Source: an uncultured Myxococcales bacterium | GTDB taxonomy: Bacteria > Myxococcota > UBA4151 | Direction: 5' to 3' | Length of the DNA stretch: 18,763 nucleotides | Assembly: GCA_964013405.1 (NCBI GenBank) | Contig: CAXGWI010000062.1 | Location: 1 to 18,763 of the forward strand | Part shown: positions 1-7,760 of the stretch, piece after piece | Position numbering within the stretch: the stretch's first letter is position 1 | Layout: each line of letters begins with the position of its first letter | Position numbers and translations under genes: made by a program | Notes under the pieces: generated by a model | The model's input: the letters and a program-made list of their open reading frames with translations, nothing else | Database searches by the model: none | What the model was told of the DNA's origin: nothing

Positions 1-393
1 CTAGTCAGACCAGTCCAGGCTGTTGAGTCGAATGGCCTGCTGGTGATCCCGAGTTCCCCGCAAAAACAGAACCACAGCGAGCCCGACCCCGGCGAGTCCC
101 ATCCCGGCCAACCACCCCGGCACGCTCTCGGACTGGCCGAGAAACCAGAGAATGAGCCCGGAAAATCCCCCCAGAAGCGACCAGCCCCGCAGGCTAGCGG
201 AACGCTTTTCAAAGGCTTGGACGAGATTGGGGCGAACCTCGTCGAAGACCTTGTCGATGATCTCAGGAGCCACATCGTCCGCGAGGAGTTCGGCCCGAAC
301 TTGGCTGGGCGTCTGGCCCGCAAGCAGACGTTCACTCACCAGGAGGATGAGGGCGAAAATCGCTTCTCGAAAGTCAGTGTCTGGCTCAGTCAC
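1..393 (-). CDS. Hypothetical membrane protein, 130 aa: N-terminal helical domain followed by two predicted TM segments
   Basis: The GTG start overlaps the sigma factor stop (GTGA at 390-393) and the TAG stop lies at 1-3. Hydrophobic segments WSLLGGFSGLILWFLG and WLAGMGLAGVGLAVVLFL are followed by RGTR. No family recognised. Confidence 0.8.
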   Translation of the reverse strand: MTEPDTDFREAIFALILLVSERLLAGQTPSQVRAELLADDVAPEIIDKVFDEVRPNLVQAFEKRSASLRGWSLLGGFSGLILWFLGQSESVPGWLAGMGLAGVGLAVVLFLRGTRDHQQAIRLNSLDWSD

Positions 394-1571
394 GAAGCCG
401 CTGTAGTGGGCTCAAACATCTCGCGCAAGCGACTGAGGGTTCGAGCCTGGATTTGGCGGATCCGCTCCCGGCTCAAATTGTAGGACTGACCGATGGACTC
501 GAGGGTTTCTAGAGGGTGGCCGTCAAGACCGTAGCGACGCACCATAATATCCCGCTCCATATCGCTGAAATCCTTCAGGAAGCGGAGTGCGCGGTCACCG
601 TCGATGGCGGCGATGGCCTCATCATCTGGGCGGCGGGAGTCCTCATCGGGCAGCACATCCATGAGGGCTGCTCCTTCCCCACCCTTGCCCAGGGTGTCGT
701 CCAAACTGAAGGGGTCCTTGGGGATACCGGTGAGCACATGCTCAACCTTTTCAGCCGATGTCCCAACCTTGGCAGCAACCTCTTCGTAGGTGGGCTTCCG
801 GTCCAACTCGATCTGCAGACTTTGGGCTGCTCGAGAGATGGCCCTTCGAGCATCATGGACGTGGACCGGCACCCGAATGGTCGAGCCGCGGTTGAGAATC
901 GCACGCTCAATGGCTTGGCGAATCCACCAATGGGCATAGGTCGAGAATCGGAAGCCCATGCGCGGGTCGAAACGGTGCACGGCTCGAATCAAGCCCATGT
1001 TCCCTTCCTGCACCAAATCGAGAATGCTCAAATTGTGGTGGTGAAAGTCCCGGGCCACGCTGACCACCAGGCGGAGATTAGCCGCAACGAATCGATTACG
1101 GCGAGCAACCACATCGTCAAAAAGGGCGATGAGCGCGTCCCGCTCCTTTTTGCGTAAGTTGGACTCGAAGGGATCGGCGTGTTTTCCGCTGGCGCTGACA
1201 CTGAGTCGGAGCACGACTTGATTGAAGAAAAGCCGGTCCGGGTCCTCAGCTCGGCAGTGCCAGGCCAAGGTCTCGAGAGCCCGCTTCTTCGGCATTTTCG
1301 CCAAATCCTTCTGGGCTCGAGCCAGCGCACGCCCAAGCTTCGAAGCCTCTTCAGCACCTTCTTCGAACACCTCTGCGGCGGTCCTCAGGCCCCGAGGGAC
1401 GGCGAGGGCAAAATGCCAGAAGTCGAGCTCGGCTTTGACGAGTCCCTCCGCCAACCGGCGCTCATCTTCGGCGCTCAGGAGAGGGATGCGAGCAATCTGA
1501 GACATGTAGCTCGATACAAGATTCACTGTAGACTTATCCTTGGGAAAGGGCCGCATTTGTTTCGCGCACAT
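390..1571 (-). CDS. RNA polymerase sigma70-family factor, RpoD/RpoS-like, lacking region 1.1 (group 2-like)
   Basis: Region 1.2 SYMSQIARIPLLSAEDE; region 2 ANLRLVVSVA...DLVQEGNMGLIRAVHRFD...FSTYAHWWIRQAI; TIRVPVH; region 3 LDRKPTYEEVA and SLDD; region 4 TLESIGQSYNLSRERIRQI. I moved the start from GTG 1610 to ATG 1571 because GGAGG lies 8 nt upstream of it. Confidence 0.93.
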   Translation of the reverse strand: MCAKQMRPFPKDKSTVNLVSSYMSQIARIPLLSAEDERRLAEGLVKAELDFWHFALAVPRGLRTAAEVFEEGAEEASKLGRALARAQKDLAKMPKKRALETLAWHCRAEDPDRLFFNQVVLRLSVSASGKHADPFESNLRKKERDALIALFDDVVARRNRFVAANLRLVVSVARDFHHHNLSILDLVQEGNMGLIRAVHRFDPRMGFRFSTYAHWWIRQAIERAILNRGSTIRVPVHVHDARRAISRAAQSLQIELDRKPTYEEVAAKVGTSAEKVEHVLTGIPKDPFSLDDTLGKGGEGAALMDVLPDEDSRRPDDEAIAAIDGDRALRFLKDFSDMERDIMVRRYGLDGHPLETLESIGQSYNLSRERIRQIQARTLSRLREMFEPTTAAS

Positions 1572-1579
1572 GGTCTCGT

Positions 1580-1584
1580 CCTCC
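1580..1584 (-). promoter_or_regulatory. Shine-Dalgarno (GGAGG) for the sigma factor
   Basis: The minus strand reads ttGGAGGacgagaccATG. Confidence 0.7.
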
Positions 1585-1688
1585 AAACTGGGGACGAACC
1601 CGGCATACACACATCAGCGCCCGCAAAGGCGACGGTAACACACGACCATAGAGCACATCAGAGCGCCGAAGGAATCAAGTGACAGGCC

Positions 1689-2801
1689 TCACAGTGGCAG
1701 AGCAAGGCTCCCAAGCCGCAGAGGCCGGGATGCCCCAGTCTGGGTCGGATCGTTCGCTGCCTTGCCCTGAAGGTAGAGCCAGCCCAAGGCTGCAAAGCAC
1801 ACCGCTTCCCTGGCTTCAGGAGGAAGGCCAAGGGTCGCTAGACTCGACACCTCTAGGTCGGGAAGCGCCACGGTTAGGCAGAGCATGAGGCTTGGGTTTC
1901 GCTCGCCTCCACCGGCGAGAAGGAGTCGATTTGCAGCTAAGGACTCCCGCTCGATCGCCTCTCTAATGAGCTGGACCGTCACGCTCACGAGCGTTGCCGC
2001 ACCATCTTCGAGAGAACAATCCGGCGAGAGGAAGCGGTGAAGAAACGGCAGGTCGAAGCCTTCACGGGCAAGGGAGCGGCCTGGCTCGGGGCGACAGGCT
2101 TCCACCATGGCCGCGACCACAGCTCCGTCCGGGCAGCCTGCCGCGCTGAAGACCCCATCCCGGTCGCAGGATTCCCGCCCCTGTGTTCGATACTCCACCC
2201 AGCGATCTAAGAGGCAGTTCCCAGGGCCCACATCCAAGCCGAGCAGTTCGCCGTCAGGTCCAAGGCCCGTCAGATTGGAAATCCCGCCGATGTTGAGGAG
2301 CCATAGGGGTGCATGTCGGCCTAAGAGAAATTGGTCAGCGACGGGCACGAGAGGGGCGCCCTGACCGCCGAGGGCCATGTCTGCACTGCGAAGATTCCAT
2401 AGCACTGGAAGATCGAGGAGTGCGCTGAGGCGGTCGCCATCGCCCAGTTGCAGGGTATGTCCCCCCCGTTCCCCGAAGGCGGCCGGTGCATGCCAAAGGG
2501 TTTGACCATGGCTGACGACGAGATCTGGCGTTGCTCGATGATTCAGGAAGTCCCTGATGCGCTCTGCGCTTTCATCAGCGATCAAAGCATGGAGCGCAGA
2601 CAGGCCAGGAAGTTGGAGTGCTTCTGCTTGGAGCAACTGTTGCCGAAAGTCCTTGGGATAAACGGACTCCTGAAAGGCTTCCATTTCCCAGTCGCCTGGG
2701 CCTGGACCAAAGCGCACAAGAGCCAAATCGAGGCCGTCGCAACTGGTACCGCTCATCAAACCCAGAATTCTTGCTTCTTGCGGCCGCGATAATTGGATCA
2801 T
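1689..2801 (-). CDS. anmK: Anhydro-N-acetylmuramic acid kinase
   Basis: Motifs GLMSGTSCDGLD, SHGQT, TLQLGDG, DMALGGQGAPLVP, LNIGGISNLT, DVGPGN, GGGERN and EAVCFA. ATG 2801 overlaps the trpG/pabA stop (ATGA), so it is preferred over GTG 2810. Confidence 0.95.
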   Translation of the reverse strand: MIQLSRPQEARILGLMSGTSCDGLDLALVRFGPGPGDWEMEAFQESVYPKDFRQQLLQAEALQLPGLSALHALIADESAERIRDFLNHRATPDLVVSHGQTLWHAPAAFGERGGHTLQLGDGDRLSALLDLPVLWNLRSADMALGGQGAPLVPVADQFLLGRHAPLWLLNIGGISNLTGLGPDGELLGLDVGPGNCLLDRWVEYRTQGRESCDRDGVFSAAGCPDGAVVAAMVEACRPEPGRSLAREGFDLPFLHRFLSPDCSLEDGAATLVSVTVQLIREAIERESLAANRLLLAGGGERNPSLMLCLTVALPDLEVSSLATLGLPPEAREAVCFAALGWLYLQGKAANDPTQTGASRPLRLGSLALPL

Positions 2802-3367
2802 CGGGTGCACTCCAGAAAGTTGTCGATCAAGGGGCCCCCCTCTGCACTGGCGATGGATTCAGGATGAAACTGGACACCATGGGCGCCGAGTCCCGGGTGC
2901 TCTAGACCCATGACGGTGCCATCTTCGGTCCAAGCGGTCACCTTCAGTTCGGCCGGCAGCGACTCCCGGTGGATAACCAGGCTGTGATAGCGAGTCGCCG
3001 CAAAGGGCGAGGGAATCCCCTTAAAAATACCTTCGGCCTCATGAAAGATCGGGACCACCCGACCGTGCATTGGTTCCGGCGCCAAACCCAACTCCCCACC
3101 CATCATCATGCCGATGGCCTGGTGCCCCAGACACACTCCGAGAACCGGTACCTGGCCCAAGAACGCTTTCAAAAGGTCGAAACAGTTGCCGGCCTCCTCT
3201 GGTCGACCAGGCCCAGGACCCACGACGAGAGCGCTGTAATCGCTGGGGTGGCACTGGAGTAGCCCGGCTTCATCATGATGCCGCACATCGACCTGCTGAC
3301 CACGAACCTGGAGCATCTGGACTAAGTTGAAGGTAAAGCTATCGTAGTTGTCGAGGACAAGAATCAT
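2798..3367 (-). CDS. pabA: Anthranilate/aminodeoxychorismate synthase component II (class I glutamine amidotransferase, TrpG/PabA family)
   Basis: MILVLDNYDSFTFNL, PGPGRP, GVCLGHQ (nucleophilic Cys), RYHSL and QFHPES (His-Glu of the triad). TrpG versus PabA cannot be decided from sequence alone. Confidence 0.9.
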   Translation of the reverse strand: MILVLDNYDSFTFNLVQMLQVRGQQVDVRHHDEAGLLQCHPSDYSALVVGPGPGRPEEAGNCFDLLKAFLGQVPVLGVCLGHQAIGMMMGGELGLAPEPMHGRVVPIFHEAEGIFKGIPSPFAATRYHSLVIHRESLPAELKVTAWTEDGTVMGLEHPGLGAHGVQFHPESIASAEGGPLIDNFLECTR

Positions 3368-5349
3368 CGATCCAGCCCAGCCTCAGTGAGTCGCTCGAGA
3401 ATCTTCGGCCTGCTGGATCCACCGCTGAAACCCAAGCCGACAATCGGTGCCCCGTAAGTCTCATCGGCCAAGGCAATATCACCAGCCCATCCAGCCTCGA
3501 CGGCGACGCCCCAGCAGTCACAGGGACTCCGATAACCGAGGACTGCACTCAAGAGTCTCAGGCTTGACGTCGTCGGCCGAAAAGCCGCCGATGCTTCCAA
3601 CTGAACTCGGCCCGACTCCCAACTGACCCGACCACTGAGATCTTCATAGAGTACATGGTCCTCCTGACGGCCCAGGTGTCGGGAAAGGCCCAGGGCCGGA
3701 TCCAAATCCAGGGTGAGATCCCGACCTAAATCCCGGCGCTGATAGGAGACACGAAATCGCTCTCTGCCCCGGGCGTCTCGAAGAAGGTAAAAACCAGTGA
3801 CAACCGCAGGCGCCAAATCTGCGCTATCGAGAACCCAACGGGTGGTGAAGGCCCAGCGTTTCCGCTTCCATGAACCGAGCCAATCCAGCAGGAGCCCGGA
3901 AGAGGCCGTCGTCTCGATGCTTGGTCCTCCTTCTGCGACCAAGTGACGCCGACCCAGCATCAGCCCGTAGCGCTGTAGAAATCCGGCCTGCCGAGCTTCG
4001 AAACCAATGCGCAGATGCTCTCCTGAGACGCCTGACCACGGGGCTTGAAGCCCCTGTACAGACAGTTCTGGAAGCCGCTGTACTCGCCCCTCAATGGAGG
4101 GTTTCAGCCAGGTTCCACGACCGTTAGAAAGCGCTGTGTAGAGGGAGACAGCCGCACCAACCCTGGCCGTGGAGCCCAGTTCGGCCCAACCGCTTGACTG
4201 CCAACCAATATAAGGGGGGAGTGTGCCCCCAGCACTACCATAAATGCTGCCATACGGCGCCAGGTCCTGAGGTAAAGGATGAGCGGGCTTGGAGTTGAGC
4301 CCGAGACGACCATGAAGGGCGCTTTGCTGCCCGATGAGGTGTAGATCCAGGTCTGTGCTCACACCGTGGGTCAACGGCCCTGTCCAGAGACTGCCATTCC
4401 GCCGACCATGCCAAGTGGATAGGCTCAGACCAGCCCATTCCTCACCCAAACGAAGACGCTGCCGCAAATCGATGGCCGGTAATTGCCGGCGGGCTGCAAG
4501 CACCGCAAGGTCAGGGAAGGCATCTGCATCACTGGCAAGAAGACCGTGAATGTTCCATTCTCGAGCGGGTGCCGGATCATAATGGGCGACCTCCCCTAGC
4601 CAGCGCCCTTCCAAGGTCTCAAATTCCAACTGCGTTTTCGCACCCTTCGTCGGCTTTGCTCGTACCTCGCCTCGCCCCCAGAGCCCTCGAGATTGGACCC
4701 ATCCTCCAGTGAAGGTTGCATCCCACCATCGAGCGCCGGCCCAATACACGGGTAAGCCGACCCTGAGCCCGTCCCGGGCGTCGTAACGGGTCACAGGGGC
4801 CAGCAGCCCTGACGAGCGCCGGCCGAGCGGGAGACTCCACCAAGGCAAGACCAACACAGGCACCTGGCGGATTCGCAAGACCGGCCAGCTCAGAACCACA
4901 CGGTGCCGATCCCCAAGAACGTCCACCCTGGCGGCCGCAAAGCTCCACGGCGGCTCATCACAGCGGCAAATGGTTAAATCCACTTCGCGCAGATGTTTGT
5001 TGGCTCCCATTTGGCGTACGGATCCGGCCCGAGCTCGAGCGAGGACCTGGCCCCCACCGTCCCGCAGCGAGAGATCCACCTGCTGGGCGTGGATCTGCCC
5101 GGCGCGCAACTCCAAAGCATCGCATCGGAGTACCGCACCGGACTCCTCGGTATTCACCCCACCAACGAGGGTGACGCTTTGGTTCTCCCGATCCAAACGG
5201 GCTTCGTTCGCCTGGAACACCCGACCGCGCCAACGTATGACGACCTCGCCCCGGGCAAAGAGCGTCCCGTCCTTGTCGAGTCTCAGGTCTTTGGCCTGAA
5301 CATCGATGGTTGAGGCAAAAATGAGGGCAAATCCGAGGTACGCGGTCAT
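3364..5349 (-). CDS. lptD: LPS-assembly protein LptD-like outer-membrane beta-barrel
   Basis: N-terminal OstA-like segment (ARGEVVIRW...FQANEARLDR...LVGGV), then LTICRCDEPPWSFAA, VPVLVLPWWSLPLGRRSSGLLAP, LPVYWA and WDATFT, and C-terminal YRSPCDCWGV. Lies downstream of accD-folC. ATGA overlaps at both ends. Confidence 0.82.
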   Translation of the reverse strand: MTAYLGFALIFASTIDVQAKDLRLDKDGTLFARGEVVIRWRGRVFQANEARLDRENQSVTLVGGVNTEESGAVLRCDALELRAGQIHAQQVDLSLRDGGGQVLARARAGSVRQMGANKHLREVDLTICRCDEPPWSFAAARVDVLGDRHRVVLSWPVLRIRQVPVLVLPWWSLPLGRRSSGLLAPVTRYDARDGLRVGLPVYWAGARWWDATFTGGWVQSRGLWGRGEVRAKPTKGAKTQLEFETLEGRWLGEVAHYDPAPAREWNIHGLLASDADAFPDLAVLAARRQLPAIDLRQRLRLGEEWAGLSLSTWHGRRNGSLWTGPLTHGVSTDLDLHLIGQQSALHGRLGLNSKPAHPLPQDLAPYGSIYGSAGGTLPPYIGWQSSGWAELGSTARVGAAVSLYTALSNGRGTWLKPSIEGRVQRLPELSVQGLQAPWSGVSGEHLRIGFEARQAGFLQRYGLMLGRRHLVAEGGPSIETTASSGLLLDWLGSWKRKRWAFTTRWVLDSADLAPAVVTGFYLLRDARGRERFRVSYQRRDLGRDLTLDLDPALGLSRHLGRQEDHVLYEDLSGRVSWESGRVQLEASAAFRPTTSSLRLLSAVLGYRSPCDCWGVAVEAGWAGDIALADETYGAPIVGLGFSGGSSRPKILERLTEAGLDR

Positions 5350-7760
5350 CGAACCCGGACTTCTAGGCGCCCCTTCTTATTCACAGTCTTCAGGCGAAGA
5401 CCCGCCTCGTGGGTGATCCGGACACGCATTTTCCCCTGCTTGAGCCGCGACGAAATGCGGTGGATGCTGCCGCCGAAGCGCTTCGTATTCAACGATGCAC
5501 TGGTCTTGGCACTCCGCGCCCCAGGAATTTCAAACACCGTCGTCGTGGGGGAGATCCGCTTGAGCGTACCGCTGAGTTGACCGTCGACGTGGATCACCAC
5601 CCGTTCCGGGCCCACAGGGCGGTAGCCCACCCGTTTCACATTGGACTTCGAACCGTCCCTCAGCTTCGATCGGGCCTCGGCTCTGCGTTTCTTCGCTGAG
5701 CCCCCGGCGCCTCGCTCACCACCAAAGCCGTTTGGAGCCACCCGAGCCTGGCTCGGCTTCTTGCGAGCCCTCAGGATCCGGGCCCGTTCCGCCTTCGCTT
5801 TAACCGCCAAATTCTTCGCCTTGGCGCTGGCCTTGGCAGCGGCCTTCTCCACTTTCTTGCGTTCTCGAATCAGCGCATCGACTTCACTCTGCCGAGCCTT
5901 CACCTCATCACGACTCGATTGAAAGCGTTTGCGGCTCTGACCCAGCGCCGCACGCATACGTTCCTCTGCGTTGCTCATTTCGAGGCTTTGCTGCCGAACC
6001 GATACAGCCGACGACTCCATGCGCCGGACTTTGTCCTTTTTGTTCTTCAGCGTCTTTTGCAGGCGTGCCACCGCTGCCTGGCGTTGCTCTAGACGCTTCT
6101 TGGCGGCCGCAAGGGCTTGCCCGGTTCGACGCTGGGCCTTGGCGGTCTCCGCCAACTCGGCCCGAATCGATTTCTCTTTCGCCGTTGCATCGGCCAGTAT
6201 CTTGCGACGCTTTGCCAGCCGCTTCACCAAGGCCTCAACCTCACCACGCTCATCGCCAAGGGCCTCTTGAGCGTCCGACAGCCCACGCTCTGCACGGGAT
6301 GCCAACACCCGCAGCCGCGCCAACTCCTTCGCCAAGCCATTGGCCCTTCGGTCCGTTTCATCGGCTTTCTTGTGGGCCTTGGCCAAGAGGACGCCGGCTC
6401 GCTGGGCTTGCTTCCGTGCGGCTTCAACAGACGCACTCAGTTTCTTGACCCTGGCCTGCTCTCGCCCAAGGCGTCGCTCCGATTGGCCATGCTGTGCTTC
6501 TCTGTCCGCCGTGTCCCGCACCAACTTGGCAATCTGTGCGCGCAAGTCGACCGCTCGGTTTTCTAGGTCCGCTTCACTGGCCTTCGACTTCTTGAGGCGC
6601 TTCGTGGCTTGCTCATAACGTGTGAGCGCGGTGCCGAGTTCGCCGTCGAGCCCGTCGAGCTTCGCACGTAATTTCACCAGTTTCTGATCTTGTCCTTTAA
6701 CGGCCTTCTTCACAGACGCATAGCGGCGGTCGAGATCGGCAATGCGGCGCCGGTAGCGCGTCTGTTCGGCCAGCAGGCCCTTCGATTCCTGCTCTCGGGC
6801 TTTGAGCGCGGCTTGCTTCTTTGCGGCTTTCGCCGCTAATTTCTTCTGCTTTTTGGCCAGTCCGTTGATCGACAACTGCAGCTTCGCGACCCGGGCAAGA
6901 TAGGAGGTATCCCCCTTTTCGAGATCCATCTCCTCGCGCACCAAGCGGGTAATCTCTGCCCGGTGGGCTAACTCGACCAGCTCAAGCCGATTCAACTCGG
7001 CCGTCCGATCCCGAGAGGACCCCTGGACCTGAGCTAGACGCTGCTTGGCTTCCGCTTCAGCAGCTTCAAGCTTGACGATCTCTTGGCGCCGGAGCCGGAT
7101 CTTCTTTTCCAACTGACTCAAGGCTTGGCCCGCTGCCTTTAGGACTTTCTGACGCTTCTTCGAGCGGGCCCGCCCCTCGCTGACCTTGACGTCAAGGCCC
7201 CGCAGCTCATCGGCCCGCTCGCCGGAATGACGGCGAAAGTTTGCCAGTAACTGCCTCAGCCGGGCGGTCTCTTCCCGCTCACGGCCCAGCGCGTCCGCAA
7301 GTTGCTTCGTCGTGGGCCCCCGTTCTGCGGTCACCACCGGTTTGGGGGACTCAGGCGCTCGGGCTGCGGCCAAACGGCTACCGCTGGCTTGAAAAACCCG
7401 AAGCCCCTTACTCCCCTGACGGAGTTCGAGACGGATCCCACCGCGCAGGGCCCGGGCCGAACTCGGAACCCCTTTCTGGGAATGTAACTCGAGACGGAGC
7501 AGCCGTGTACGACTGCCGATATGCTCAACCAACTTGAGTTCAGAGCCAGGGAACAGCGGTATCGTTTCGGGAAACCCAGTAGGGCGTTTTCCCCCCACCA
7601 CATCCACCACAAGGAGCCCTTCCGCTTCCGACTGGAAAGCCTGAAAGGTGGGCCGACCGTTGAACCGCAGGTCAATATGGGTGGCTTGGTCCCGTCCCTC
7701 AACATGAACCTGCTGAAGCCCTGGATCAGCAACGAACATCAGCATCAAACTCAGCATCAC
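5346..7760 (-). CDS. Putative exported protein with an N-terminal AMIN-like domain, a ~500-aa coiled coil and a C-terminal AMIN-like domain
   Basis: Short hydrophobic N-terminus, then beta-rich LQQVHVEG...IDLRFNGRPTFQAF...LLVVDVVG. Residues ~150-665 are A/K/R/E/L/Q-rich and proline-free. The C-terminal domain reads VKRVGY...RVVIHVDG...VFEIPGA...LNTKRFGGSIHRI. Start is GTG 7760 or ATG 7757. The AMIN assignment is pattern recognition, not a search result. Confidence 0.7.
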   Translation of the reverse strand: MMLSLMLMFVADPGLQQVHVEGRDQATHIDLRFNGRPTFQAFQSEAEGLLVVDVVGGKRPTGFPETIPLFPGSELKLVEHIGSRTRLLRLELHSQKGVPSSARALRGGIRLELRQGSKGLRVFQASGSRLAAARAPESPKPVVTAERGPTTKQLADALGREREETARLRQLLANFRRHSGERADELRGLDVKVSEGRARSKKRQKVLKAAGQALSQLEKKIRLRRQEIVKLEAAEAEAKQRLAQVQGSSRDRTAELNRLELVELAHRAEITRLVREEMDLEKGDTSYLARVAKLQLSINGLAKKQKKLAAKAAKKQAALKAREQESKGLLAEQTRYRRRIADLDRRYASVKKAVKGQDQKLVKLRAKLDGLDGELGTALTRYEQATKRLKKSKASEADLENRAVDLRAQIAKLVRDTADREAQHGQSERRLGREQARVKKLSASVEAARKQAQRAGVLLAKAHKKADETDRRANGLAKELARLRVLASRAERGLSDAQEALGDERGEVEALVKRLAKRRKILADATAKEKSIRAELAETAKAQRRTGQALAAAKKRLEQRQAAVARLQKTLKNKKDKVRRMESSAVSVRQQSLEMSNAEERMRAALGQSRKRFQSSRDEVKARQSEVDALIRERKKVEKAAAKASAKAKNLAVKAKAERARILRARKKPSQARVAPNGFGGERGAGGSAKKRRAEARSKLRDGSKSNVKRVGYRPVGPERVVIHVDGQLSGTLKRISPTTTVFEIPGARSAKTSASLNTKRFGGSIHRISSRLKQGKMRVRITHEAGLRLKTVNKKGRLEVRVR

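Noticed and set aside
1572..1688. Sigma70 promoter in the anmK-sigma gap (TTGATT, TATGGT, TG-T-TACCGT)
   Set aside because: The candidate -35 and -10 hexamers are not at 16-18-bp spacing with convincing matches; a promoter is plausible here but cannot be placed.
5346..7760. Annotating the coiled-coil protein as SMC, TolA, EnvC or PilQ
   Set aside because: It has no Walker motifs or hinge, no M23 peptidase motif and no secretin domain; any similarity would be compositional only.
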